From assembly GCF_001598795.1 (NCBI RefSeq), contig NZ_BCZP01000027.1, positions 40,313-72,312 of the forward strand: DNA of 32,000 bases, read 5' to 3'. The stretch is from Delftia acidovorans NBRC 14950. GTDB lineage: Bacteria; Pseudomonadota; Gammaproteobacteria; Burkholderiales; Burkholderiaceae_C. Below, piece by piece: positions 1 through 8,450 of this stretch (its first letter is position 1; the number at the start of each line of letters is the position of its first letter). Below the pieces are notes generated by a model. The model was not told the DNA's origin. It ran no database searches and worked only from the letters and a program-made list of their open reading frames with translations. The position numbers and the translations under genes are program-made.

Positions 1-1
1 G

Positions 2-544
2 TTGATTCCGACCGTGCTGTCCGTCAGTGACGTACAGCGTGTGCTGCAGAACCTGTTGCGCGAGAAGGTGTCGATACGGCATGTGGAAGCCATCCTGGAA
101 ACCTTGGCGGATGCCGGACGCCAGACCAAGGACGTACTGCATCTGACCGAGATGGTGCGTCTGCGCCTGGGTCACGCCATCTGCCAGGGGCTGGCGGGCG
201 AAGGCGCCGCCCTGCATGTCATCACGCTCGACCCGGCCATAGAAAGCCAGCTGCTGCAAGGCCTGCAGTCCGCGCAGGCCGGCCTGCGCGCCGACGACGG
301 CGCGGCCGCCCCGGCGTCCTTCGCGCTGGAGCCCAAGCTGGCTGAACAAATGATGCTCAAGCTCATGCAGCAGACCGAGCGGATGATGAAAAGCAATCTG
401 CTTCCCGTGCTGTTGTGCGCCCCCGAGCTGCGCCGGCATGTACGCCTGCTGTCCGAGCGGATGATGCCCCACCTGCGGGTGCTGTCCATGGCCGAGGTGC
501 CCCAGGCCATCGAGCTCAAGTCCTATGCCGTCGTGAGCCTCTAG
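2..544 (+). CDS. flhA: Flagellar/T3SS export-gate protein FlhA, C-terminal fragment (5' end upstream of window)
   Basis: The ORF is open from the window edge. The translation ...VLSVSDVQRVLQNLLREKVSIRHVEAILETLAD...HLTEMVRLRLGHAICQ... matches the conserved FlhA/SctV cytoplasmic C-terminal domain. Stop TAG at 542-544. Confidence 0.85.
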   Translation: MIPTVLSVSDVQRVLQNLLREKVSIRHVEAILETLADAGRQTKDVLHLTEMVRLRLGHAICQGLAGEGAALHVITLDPAIESQLLQGLQSAQAGLRADDGAAAPASFALEPKLAEQMMLKLMQQTERMMKSNLLPVLLCAPELRRHVRLLSERMMPHLRVLSMAEVPQAIELKSYAVVSL

Positions 545-581
545 CGGCACGCATCCTCCCATTCCCATTGCTCCCCAGACC

Positions 582-1370
582 ATGCAAGAAGTACTCGCCC
601 TCGCGCTGCAATCCATGCAGCAGGACATGCAGCGACTGGACCGGACAGGCCTGAACCTGGCCAATGCCCTGACGCCGGGCTACCAGCGCGAGGTTGTCTC
701 GGCGCGGCCTTTGCGGCTGGGCACTCCCTCGTTTGCCGCGATGGTCGGCACGGCAGCCGCCGCCGCCGTCGCCGAGAACGCGCCGGCTGTGTCACCCCAT
801 GCGCCTGCTGCCGGTCTGCTGGTGCAGACCGACCACCGTCCCGGCACGCTTCGCTCCACGGGGCAGAACCTGGATGTCGCCCTGGCTGGCGCAGGCTATT
901 TCGAGGTGAGCACGCCCGGTGGACCGGCCTACACGCGCCAGGGCAATTTCAGGCTCGACGCACAGGGGCGCCTGGTCACCGCCCAGGGCCATGCCGTCAT
1001 GGGGCGAGGTGGCGAGATCCTCCTTCAGTCAAGCCAGGTGCGCATCGATGCCCAGGGAAACATCTTCGACGGGGATGGGGTGGGCCGCACGGACAGACCC
1101 GTCGCGCAGTTGAAGGTGGTCGAGATGCCGCAGCCCTCGCAACTGCGGCGCCTGGGCGAAGGTCTCATGTCCATCGATGGCCAGCCCGGACAGCTTGCCG
1201 ATGCCGATATCCGCATACAGCAGGGCTTTGTCGAGAACTCCAACGTCAGCTCCATGCACGAGATGGTGCAACTGATGCAGACCATGCGGCATTTCGAGTC
1301 CATGCAGAAGGTGGCGCTGGGCTATGACGAGATGACCGGCCAGGCCATACGCAAGCTGGGAGAACTGTGA
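582..1370 (+). CDS. flgF: Flagellar basal-body rod protein FlgF
   Basis: 262-aa ORF with ATG at 582. It has the N-terminal rod-family motif LDRTGLNLANALTPGYQRE and the C-terminal motif QQGFVENSNVSSMHEMVQLMQTMRHFESMQKV. Size and position directly upstream of flgG fit FlgF. Confidence 0.8.
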   Translation: MQEVLALALQSMQQDMQRLDRTGLNLANALTPGYQREVVSARPLRLGTPSFAAMVGTAAAAAVAENAPAVSPHAPAAGLLVQTDHRPGTLRSTGQNLDVALAGAGYFEVSTPGGPAYTRQGNFRLDAQGRLVTAQGHAVMGRGGEILLQSSQVRIDAQGNIFDGDGVGRTDRPVAQLKVVEMPQPSQLRRLGEGLMSIDGQPGQLADADIRIQQGFVENSNVSSMHEMVQLMQTMRHFESMQKVALGYDEMTGQAIRKLGEL

Positions 1371-1487
1371 TGGCACATCTTCGCTGCGGTTGTTCCGCCT
1401 GCTTCGGCAGCCCGGACTCCGGCAAGCATCCGTTTTGCAAGACGCGCCAGGTCATTGCACCTGGCCAATTTCTGGAGGCAGATTTCC

Positions 1488-2282
1488 ATGTATGACGCTT
1501 TGTACATCGGCGCGACCGGCATGCAGGCGCAGCAGCTCAACGTCGAGACCATCGCCAGCAATCTGGCCAACGTCAACACGGCAGGCTACAAGCGGTCGCG
1601 GGTCAGCTTCTCCGATCTGGTCGCCCTGGATCCGGCACGCCGCACGGCGGCCCTGGCCGGGCCCGACGCGGGCCTGCTTGCGCCGGTGATGCGCATGGGC
1701 GCCGGGGTGGGCGTGGCGGGCATCTCCAAGCTCTTCGACGCAGGCGATATCAAGAAGACCGACCTGCCCATGGACATCATCGTTCAGGGTGAAGGTTTCT
1801 TCGAGGTACAGACACCCGATGGAACTCCCGCGTACACACGCGGCGGCACCTGGACGGTCAACCGGGACGGCAACCTGGCCACATCCGCAGGCCTGGCCCT
1901 GAAGCCGGCAATCGCGGTTCCAGACGATGTGCAGGCGCTGGTTGTGCAGCCCGATGGACGCGTGCAGGCACGCGTGGCCGGGCAGCAAAGCCTTGCGGAC
2001 CTGGGCAAGATCGATCTGGTCCGCTTTGCCAATCCCCAGGGCCTGGCTGCGCAGGGCGACAACCTGTACCGCAGCAGTGCCGCGTCGGGCGAGGCACTGC
2101 TGGTGCGTCCGGGCGAAGAGGGCGCGGGCCACATTGCGCAGGGCTACCTGGAGGCCTCCAACGTGAAGATGGTGGACGAGATGGTCAACCTGATGCTGGC
2201 CCAGCGCACCTATGAGGCCAACACCAAGATCGTCCAGGCCGCCGACGACATGATGGGCATGGTCAACGGACTGCGGCGATGA
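1488..2282 (+). CDS. flgG: Flagellar distal rod protein FlgG
   Basis: ATG at 1488 is preceded by GGAGG (1474-1478). The track's 1455 start is an in-frame upstream extension. MYDALYIGATGMQAQQLNVETIASNLANVNTAGYKRSRV... and ...QGYLEASNVKMVDEMVNLMLAQRTYEANTKIVQAADDM are near-consensus FlgG termini. Confidence 0.88.
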   Translation: MYDALYIGATGMQAQQLNVETIASNLANVNTAGYKRSRVSFSDLVALDPARRTAALAGPDAGLLAPVMRMGAGVGVAGISKLFDAGDIKKTDLPMDIIVQGEGFFEVQTPDGTPAYTRGGTWTVNRDGNLATSAGLALKPAIAVPDDVQALVVQPDGRVQARVAGQQSLADLGKIDLVRFANPQGLAAQGDNLYRSSAASGEALLVRPGEEGAGHIAQGYLEASNVKMVDEMVNLMLAQRTYEANTKIVQAADDMMGMVNGLRR

Positions 2283-3319
2283 GGCGGATGCAGGCTCTCT
2301 TGCCCGTGGCCGCGCTGGCGACTGCGTGCTGCGCTCCCGCCTGGGCGGTGCCTGCGCAGGCGTGGCTGCGCGTTGAGCTGCGTCCTCAGGTGACGGTGCA
2401 GCATTCCAGCGTGCGGCTTGCAGACATTGCGGTGCTGACCAGCTCCGACCTGGGCATGCTGCGCCGCGCGCTGGCCATACCGCTGGGACAGGCTCCGCGC
2501 CCGGGAGAAAGCGCCGTGCTGGAAAGCGAGCGGCTGGGCTACTGGCTCAGAAGCCGCACAGGACTCAGAGAGGACCAGATCGACTGGCGCGGGCCCCGCC
2601 AGACGGCCATCGTCACGGCCGTGCAGGAGATTGCGGGCGAGCAGGTGGCTGCCCAGGCGCAGGCTGCACTGGCCGAACACCTGCGGTCAATGGCCCGGCA
2701 AAAGGGCCTGGTCCTTTCACGCCTGGACATCGATCCTGTGGCCCTGCCCTTGTCCCTGGAGGTGCCTGTGCAGGGGCGGCGCCTGCAGGTGCGGCCCCTG
2801 AACGCGACACGGATGGGCCCGCGCATGCTGGTCTGGGTCGATGTGTTCTCGGGTGATCGCCATGTGCGGGCCATTCCCGTGCGATTCGAGGTGGCTGCCT
2901 TTGCCCGGCTTCCCGTCGCCTCGCATGCCATGCCGGCCGGCTCGCCCGTGCAGGCCGACGGCATGGAAATGCGCGAGATCGATGTGACCGCAATGCTAGG
3001 CCTGTCCGGCCTGTCCGCCTTGCCCGGGGGCGTTCAGGTGGATGCATCGGCTGGAGCCGATGCAGACCCGCCCGTGCTGCGCCGCGCGCTGCAGGCAGGT
3101 GACGTCGTTTCTGCAGACAGCCTGCTGGCCAGGCCTGCCGTGGTGCGGGGTGAATGGGCCAGCCTGGTGACGCGCCAGGGACCGCTGTCGCTGGAGAGCC
3201 GGGTGGAAGTCCTGCAGGACGGACAGCCCGGGCAGATCGTGCGTGCCAGGCCGGCCAATGCGACGGGGGTGCTGTCCGTCCGCGTGGTGGGCCGGGGCCA
3301 GTTGGAGTTGCAACCATGA
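2279..3319 (+). CDS. flgA: Flagellar P-ring assembly chaperone FlgA (long form, 346 aa)
   Basis: ATG overlaps the flgG stop (ATGA at 2279-2282). The N-terminus is signal-peptide-like (LLPVAALATACCAPAWA). The C-terminus is SAF-like (...GQPGQIVRARPANATGVLSVRVVGRGQLEL). It sits in the flgG-flgA-flgH context. The protein is longer than typical FlgA. Confidence 0.65.
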   Translation: MRRMQALLPVAALATACCAPAWAVPAQAWLRVELRPQVTVQHSSVRLADIAVLTSSDLGMLRRALAIPLGQAPRPGESAVLESERLGYWLRSRTGLREDQIDWRGPRQTAIVTAVQEIAGEQVAAQAQAALAEHLRSMARQKGLVLSRLDIDPVALPLSLEVPVQGRRLQVRPLNATRMGPRMLVWVDVFSGDRHVRAIPVRFEVAAFARLPVASHAMPAGSPVQADGMEMREIDVTAMLGLSGLSALPGGVQVDASAGADADPPVLRRALQAGDVVSADSLLARPAVVRGEWASLVTRQGPLSLESRVEVLQDGQPGQIVRARPANATGVLSVRVVGRGQLELQP

Positions 3320-3915
3320 CGACGGCAATCAAGATGACGGTGAAAGCCAGGGCCGCAGTCCTGGCGTGGGCCATGGCAGCACCGCTGGGTGCGCTGCATG
3401 CCGAGAGCCTGTTCCAGGAGCAGACCTTCAGGCCCTTGATGGCCGACAACAAGGCATTTCGCGTGGGAGACGTGCTGACCGTGCAGGTGTTCGAGAACTC
3501 CAGCGCAACCACCTCGGCCGATACGGGCACGCGCCGCCGCAACGCCTTGTCTGCCGACCTTTCCCACGGCAGCGGCAGCGTGGCACAGACGGCAGCGGGC
3601 CTGGGTGGCACCTTCGACGGCGGCGGACGCACCCAGCGCACCAACCGCGTGCTGGCCACGCTCACGGTTTCCGTGCAGGAGGTGCTGGCCAACGGCGACC
3701 TGCTGGTGGGCGGGGAGCAGACGCTGACCGTGAACGAAGAGCCGCAGAAAGTGACCCTGCAGGGGCGGGTCCGCCCGCTGGACATCTCGGATGGCAACGT
3801 GGTGCTGTCCACGCGCCTGGCCGACGCGCGCATCAGCTACGTGGGCGAGGGCGATCTTGCCGAGCGCAGCCGCCGCCCCTGGTGGCGCAGCCTTCTGGAC
3901 AACCTGGGGCTTTGA
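3316..3915 (+). CDS. flgH: Flagellar L-ring protein FlgH
   Basis: ATG at 3316 overlaps the flgA stop (ATGA). There is a signal peptide (ARAAVLAWAMAAPLGALHA). FRPLMADNKAFRVGDVLTVQVFENSSATTSADT... and ...LLVGGEQTLTVNEEPQKVTLQGRVRPLDISDGNVVLSTRLADARISYVGEG are classic FlgH blocks. The 3154 start in the track was rejected. Confidence 0.88.
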   Translation: MTTAIKMTVKARAAVLAWAMAAPLGALHAESLFQEQTFRPLMADNKAFRVGDVLTVQVFENSSATTSADTGTRRRNALSADLSHGSGSVAQTAAGLGGTFDGGGRTQRTNRVLATLTVSVQEVLANGDLLVGGEQTLTVNEEPQKVTLQGRVRPLDISDGNVVLSTRLADARISYVGEGDLAERSRRPWWRSLLDNLGL

Positions 3916-3916
3916 C

Positions 3917-5053
3917 ATGGCGTATTGCATGAAGAATTTGTGGAGCTGCGTGCTGGGCGCTGCATTGCTGGCGGGCTTGCAGATTCCCCTGAGCGCACAG
4001 GCCGAAAGCGTGCGCGTCAAGGACCTCGGAAAACTGCAGGGCTGGCGCGAGAACGCCCTGGTGGGCACGGGCATCGTCACGGGCCTGGCGGGCACGGGCG
4101 ACTCCGCCTCCAGCCGGGGTGCGCGCCAGGCGCTGTCCAACGCCATGTCGCAGTTCAACCTGAATATTCCCCCGGAGCAGATCCAGAGCCGCAACGTGGC
4201 CGTCGTCATGGTCAGTGCCGCGCTGTCGCCCTTCTCCCGCGAGGGCGATACGCTGGACGTGACCGTCACCTCGGTGGGCGACGCGCGCAGCCTGGTCGGC
4301 GGCAGCCTCATGCTCATGCCGCTCAAGGCGGCCAACGGCCGCATCTACGCACTGGCCCAGGGGGCCTTGTCGGTGGGCGGCTACCGATATGACGCCAACG
4401 GCAACGTGGTCCAGAAGAACCACCCCACCGTCGGCTCCATTCCTGGCGGGGCGACGGTCGAGGTCGGCGTCACCGCACAGGTGGTATCGCAGGACAACCG
4501 CATGACCTTCGTGCTCAACGAGCCCGACTACACCACGGCCGACCGGGTCGCCGAGGCCATCAACCGCCAGTTCGGCGACTCGCTCGCCCAGGCGCGCGAT
4601 GCCTCCGGCATCGACCTGTTCGTGCCCGAAGGGCAGCGGCGCCGGCTGGTGTCCTTCGTCTCGCGGCTGGAGTCGGTCTTCGTCGAACCTGACCGGCGCG
4701 CCAAGGTCGTGATCAACGAGCGCACCGGCACCGTGGTATCGGGTGGGGATGTGCAGATATCCAAGGTCGCCATCTCGCATGGAGACCTGAAGCTGTCCAT
4801 TCGCAATGAGGTCACTGCCTCGCAGCCCGGCTTCATCGGCGTGGCAGGCGATGGCGTGCGCACGGCGCTGGTGACGAACACCCGCGTGGATGTGGAAGAG
4901 CGTCAGGTGCCGGGCTTCGTGTCGGGCAGCACCACGGTGGCCGACCTGGTCCAGTCCCTGGTGAGCCTCAAGACCAATACGCGCGACATCATTTCCATTC
5001 TCCGGGCCGTCAAGGCCGCCGGCGCCCTGCACGCCGAGCTGATCGTCCAGTAA
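3917..5053 (+). CDS. flgI: Flagellar P-ring protein FlgI
   Basis: ATG at 3917, 2 nt after the flgH stop. There is a signal peptide. VRVKDLGKLQGWRENALVGTGIVTGLAGTGDS... and C-terminal ...TRDIISILRAVKAAGALHAELIVQ are near-consensus FlgI. Confidence 0.9.
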   Translation: MAYCMKNLWSCVLGAALLAGLQIPLSAQAESVRVKDLGKLQGWRENALVGTGIVTGLAGTGDSASSRGARQALSNAMSQFNLNIPPEQIQSRNVAVVMVSAALSPFSREGDTLDVTVTSVGDARSLVGGSLMLMPLKAANGRIYALAQGALSVGGYRYDANGNVVQKNHPTVGSIPGGATVEVGVTAQVVSQDNRMTFVLNEPDYTTADRVAEAINRQFGDSLAQARDASGIDLFVPEGQRRRLVSFVSRLESVFVEPDRRAKVVINERTGTVVSGGDVQISKVAISHGDLKLSIRNEVTASQPGFIGVAGDGVRTALVTNTRVDVEERQVPGFVSGSTTVADLVQSLVSLKTNTRDIISILRAVKAAGALHAELIVQ

Positions 5054-5077
5054 ACATTTTCCAGGAGGGAGCACCCA

Positions 5078-5470
5078 ATGACCCAGGCAATCGAGGCCGT
5101 CACCGTGGCCAGCCTGTCCATGGCGCTGGATGCGGCATCGCTGCGCCACCAGGCCATCGCACGCAACATCGCCAATGCCGGCACCCAGGGCTACGTCCCG
5201 GTACAGGCGAGCTTCTCCGGGCAGATGCAGGAAGCACGGCGTCAGCTGGACCAGGGCCAGCTGTTGAGCACGGCGCAAGTCGATGCCATGGCGCAGGAGA
5301 GCCTGCGCCTGGAGCCCCGGCGCGATGCGACGGGCCTGCCAGCCAGCGTGCAGCTGGACTCCGAGGTGGCCCAGATGGCGCACAACGCCGTCCACTACCA
5401 GGCCCTGCTCAAGGGCCTGTCGCAACACATGTCGCTTTTGTCATCCGCCGTCTCTGACGGCAAGCGTTGA
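5078..5470 (+). CDS. flgB: Flagellar proximal rod protein FlgB
   Basis: AGGAGGGA (5063-5070) precedes the ATG at 5078. The 130-aa protein has LRHQAIARNIANAGTQGYVP (rod N-terminal motif) and a C-terminal ...VAQMAHNAVHYQALLKGLS as in FlgB. It sits directly upstream of flgC. Confidence 0.8.
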   Translation: MTQAIEAVTVASLSMALDAASLRHQAIARNIANAGTQGYVPVQASFSGQMQEARRQLDQGQLLSTAQVDAMAQESLRLEPRRDATGLPASVQLDSEVAQMAHNAVHYQALLKGLSQHMSLLSSAVSDGKR

Positions 5471-5481
5471 GGAACCTTCGC

Positions 5482-5898
5482 ATGGACTATTCACAAGCCT
5501 TCGCCATCAGCGCCAGCGGCATGACGCTGGAGCGCACCCGTGTCGAGGTCGCGTCGCTGAACCTGGCCAATGCCAACACCGTGGCAGGCACCGACGGCAA
5601 GCTCTTCCAGCCGCTGCGCGTCGTGGCGCGCACCTCCTTCTCGGAAACCGTGGCCCAGGGGCTGGCAGCGAATCCCGTGGTCTCGCTGGAGCCTACGCAG
5701 CAGCCGGCGCGCATGGTGTATGAGCCAGGCCATCCCATGGCCGACGCGCGCGGCTTTGTCTCCTATGCCGGCGTGGATACCGCCACGGAAATGGTCACCA
5801 TGATGAGTGCCATGCGCGCCTACGAGGCCAATGTGGCCGCGATGAACACGGCTCGCAGCATGGCGCAGAAGGCGCTGGCCATCGGAGGTGGCGCATGA
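5482..5898 (+). CDS. flgC: Flagellar proximal rod protein FlgC
   Basis: ATG at 5482. MDYSQAFAISASGMTLERTRVEVASLNLANANT... and ...GVDTATEMVTMMSAMRAYEANVAAMNTARSMAQKAL are typical FlgC termini. Confidence 0.85.
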   Translation: MDYSQAFAISASGMTLERTRVEVASLNLANANTVAGTDGKLFQPLRVVARTSFSETVAQGLAANPVVSLEPTQQPARMVYEPGHPMADARGFVSYAGVDTATEMVTMMSAMRAYEANVAAMNTARSMAQKALAIGGGA

Positions 5899-6233
5899 GC
5901 ACCGAAGCCCTGGGCGCGGTGTCCGCAGCCCTTTCCTCGATCGCCGAGCCTTCGCTGGCCCCTTTGCAAGGCGCCATGCATGCAGGGGACGCTGGTGCGT
6001 CCGGTACCACCGGTGCCGGCTTTTCCAGCATGGTCACGCAGGGCCTGCAGCAGGTCAACGGACAACTGCTGGCCAGCCAGGCGGACTTGCAGCAGCTGTC
6101 CGTGGGCAATGTGCAGAACCTGCACCAGGTCATGATCCGCCTCGAGGAAAGCCGGCTGGCGTTCCAGCTGACCATGCAGGTGCGAAACCGCCTGCTGGAG
6201 TCCTACCAGGACGTCATGAGGATGCAGGTGTAG
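5895..6233 (+). CDS. fliE: Flagellar hook-basal body complex protein FliE
   Basis: ATGA overlap with the flgC stop. The 112-aa protein ends ...VQNLHQVMIRLEESRLAFQLTMQVRNRLLESYQDVMRMQV, which is the FliE C-terminal signature. It lies in the flgB-flgC-fliE order. Confidence 0.78.
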   Translation: MSTEALGAVSAALSSIAEPSLAPLQGAMHAGDAGASGTTGAGFSSMVTQGLQQVNGQLLASQADLQQLSVGNVQNLHQVMIRLEESRLAFQLTMQVRNRLLESYQDVMRMQV

Positions 6234-6251
6234 CCGTCCCTGGGCAGCGCA

Positions 6252-6267
6252 GGCAGCAGGCTTGCGC
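6252..6267 (+). promoter_or_regulatory. Candidate sigma-54 (-24/-12) promoter upstream of fliF
   Basis: aGGCAGcaggcTTGCg fits the TGGCAC-N5-TTGC spacing exactly (GG at 6253-6254, GC at 6265-6266). It lies in the 85-nt fliE-fliF gap, about 52 nt upstream of the fliF ATG. This is a motif match only. Confidence 0.3.
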
Positions 6268-6318
6268 GCGCCCCGGATCACACCGCTGAACTTCGCAACG
6301 CATCAAGAGCAAAAACAC

Positions 6319-7833
6319 ATGACTGAATTCTGGGAGGGCCTGGGCCGAGGCGCTCGCACCAGCCTGATCGCCGGGCTGATCGCCATCGTGCTGGGCACCG
6401 CCGCGCTGGCCTGGTGGCTGTTGAGAGCCGATTACCAGGTGCTGTTCTCGGATCTCAAGCCGCAGGACGCGGCTGCCATGAGCGCCGAGCTGGACAAGCT
6501 CAAGATTCCCTACCGCTTCGACGAAGCCCAGGGAGCCCTGCTGGTGGACAAGGCGCAGGTCTTGCCGACGCGGCTCAAGCTCATGGGCCAGGACATGCCG
6601 CTGCAGGGGGCCGTCGGCTTCGAGCTGTTCAACAACACCGACTTCGGCATGACCGAATTCGCGCAGAAGATCAACTACCAGCGCGCCCTGCAGGGCGAGC
6701 TGACGCGGACCATTCTGTCGCTGTCCGAGATCCGTGATGTGCGGGTGCATCTGGCGTTGCCTGAGCAGGGCCTGTTCAAGCAGGCGCAATCGCGGCCCAA
6801 GGCCGCCATCACCATCACGCTGCGGGACGGGCAGTACCTCAGGCCCGAGCAGGTCAATGGCATACAGCGCCTCGTGGCGGCCGCCACGCCGGGCATGACG
6901 GCCCAGGATGTCACCGTGGTCGACAGGCAGGGCGTGGCGCTGAGCCGTTCGAGCGAGGAAAGCGCCGATGCTGGTGCGGCTGTCGCAGGCTCGGGGCGGC
7001 TCGAACTCAAGAAGGACACGGAAGCCCAGCTGGCCCGCAAGGCAGCGGCTGTGCTCGACCGCGCCTTCGGCCCCGGCCAGGCGCTGGCCAGCGTTGATGT
7101 CACGCTGAACATGGACCAGGTCCGCATCACGACCGAGGACGTGATTCCTGCCGCCTCCCGCACGGCAGACAGCCGTGGCGTCATCGTCAAGGAGCGCGAA
7201 TCCGTGCGTGACGGCGGCCAGCCGCCACTCGATGCCGCGCGTGCGGGCAGCGCCGGTGGCGCGAGCACCCAGCGCGAGGTGGACTACCAGGTTGGCCGGC
7301 GCGTGGAGCAGGTCGTCAGCCAGGCCGGATCGGTGCGCCGTATCCAGGTCGTGGCCGTGGTTCGCCAGCCGCTGGACGCTGGCCAGGAGGACAAGCTGCG
7401 CCGCCTGCTGGCAGCCGCCGTGGGCGCGAGCACGGAGCGCGGCGATACCGTCGTTGTCCAATCCATGCAGGCGCTGTTGCCTGTGAATGCAAATGCGGAT
7501 GGCGCTGCCGCGCAGCAGCAGGATGAAGCGCCGCTGTCTCCAGGCCAGGCCGTGCAGTCGGTGCCATCGGTGGCGTCGCATGCCGTGCCCAAGGGCCGTG
7601 GCCTCGATATCGATCTGCCCTTGCCCGTGCAGGCTGCGGCGGCTGTGGTCCTGTGCCTGGTGGTCGCCCTGTTTGCTGTGAGCGCTGCGCGGGCGAACCG
7701 CAAGGCGCCGTCTGCCATGCCCGCAGGCCTGAGCGATGCCGAGCGTCAAGCGGCCCTGCGCAAGCTGCAGCAGTGGATGCATGCCGATGGCGCAGGCCAT
7801 GCCGCGCGGCCCATGGAAGGGCAGCAGACATGA
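6319..7833 (+). CDS. fliF: Flagellar MS-ring protein FliF
   Basis: ATG at 6319; the 6262 start was judged an upstream extension. There is an N-terminal TM helix (SLIAGLIAIVLGTAALAWWLL). YQVLFSDLKPQDAAAMSAELDKLKIPYRF... and FELFNNTDFGMTEFAQKINYQRALQGELTRTILSLSEIRDVRVHLALPE are FliF/YscJ-family blocks. A second TM helix lies near the C-terminus (AAAVVLCLVVALFAV). Confidence 0.88.
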   Translation: MTEFWEGLGRGARTSLIAGLIAIVLGTAALAWWLLRADYQVLFSDLKPQDAAAMSAELDKLKIPYRFDEAQGALLVDKAQVLPTRLKLMGQDMPLQGAVGFELFNNTDFGMTEFAQKINYQRALQGELTRTILSLSEIRDVRVHLALPEQGLFKQAQSRPKAAITITLRDGQYLRPEQVNGIQRLVAAATPGMTAQDVTVVDRQGVALSRSSEESADAGAAVAGSGRLELKKDTEAQLARKAAAVLDRAFGPGQALASVDVTLNMDQVRITTEDVIPAASRTADSRGVIVKERESVRDGGQPPLDAARAGSAGGASTQREVDYQVGRRVEQVVSQAGSVRRIQVVAVVRQPLDAGQEDKLRRLLAAAVGASTERGDTVVVQSMQALLPVNANADGAAAQQQDEAPLSPGQAVQSVPSVASHAVPKGRGLDIDLPLPVQAAAAVVLCLVVALFAVSAARANRKAPSAMPAGLSDAERQAALRKLQQWMHADGAGHAARPMEGQQT

Positions 7834-8450
7834 GCTTTGCCGAACTGGCTTGCGCGCCCCAGACCGATCCGAGAAGAGCGGCTTTGCTGCTGCATGCCAT
7901 GGCGCCCGCCGATCGCGATTGGCTGCTGGAGCGCATGCCGGCTCCTGCGGGGCAGGCGCTGCGCGGCTTGCTGATCGAACTGGCGGAATTGGGCATACCG
8001 CCCGACACCGAATTGCTGGGCAGCGTGCTGAAGGCGCCTCGTTCGCATGAGGCGCTGGCTGCGCCGGCGGTGCACGCTGAGGTCTCCGAGGATGCGTCTT
8101 TCCTCATGGCGCTCGATGCCGGCGGCATCGACGCGCTGGTCCGGGCCTGGCAGGGCCAGCCGTCCAGGCTGGTCGCACGGGCGCTGTGCCTGAGGCCCTG
8201 GCCCTGGCGACCTCTGGCACTGGAAAAGCTGCCGCTTCCTCAGCGCCGCCGTGTGATGGACCTGATGGAGTCCATGTCGCTGGATGCTCCGGGCGACAAC
8301 GCCATGGCTGTGGCGCTGATGGCCGCCATGCGCCACTGCTGCGAGCGCGCTGGCGATGCCGTCGGCGCCGTACCCACGGTCCGGCGGCCTGCCGGACGTG
8401 GCAATGAGCGTGGCCATGGCCTGCTGCGATGGCTGAAGAGAGGTCTTTGA
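7830..8450 (+). CDS. Short FliG-like protein (206 aa; FliG N- and middle-domain-like, no C-terminal torque domain)
   Basis: ATG at 7830 overlaps the fliF stop (ATGA), and its own stop overlaps the fliH ATG (TGATG). It occupies the canonical fliG slot. QTDPRRAALLLHAMAPADRDWLLERMPAPAGQALRGLL parallels the FliG N-domain (E. coli [35 protein letters not shown]). IDALVRAWQGQPSRLVARALCLRPWPWRPLALEKLPLPQRRRVMDLM parallels the FliG middle ARM motif ([43 protein letters not shown]). The protein ends about 50 aa later. Confidence 0.45.
   Translation: MSFAELACAPQTDPRRAALLLHAMAPADRDWLLERMPAPAGQALRGLLIELAELGIPPDTELLGSVLKAPRSHEALAAPAVHAEVSEDASFLMALDAGGIDALVRAWQGQPSRLVARALCLRPWPWRPLALEKLPLPQRRRVMDLMESMSLDAPGDNAMAVALMAAMRHCCERAGDAVGAVPTVRRPAGRGNERGHGLLRWLKRGL

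Noticed and set aside
1371-1385. TGGCAC immediately after the flgF stop, which looked like a sigma-54 -24 box upstream of flgG.
   Set aside because: The downstream GC dinucleotide (1383-1384) is one nucleotide too close (TGGCAC-N4-tCGC rather than N5-TTGC), and the -12 box is poor. Sigma-54 promoters tolerate spacing changes badly.
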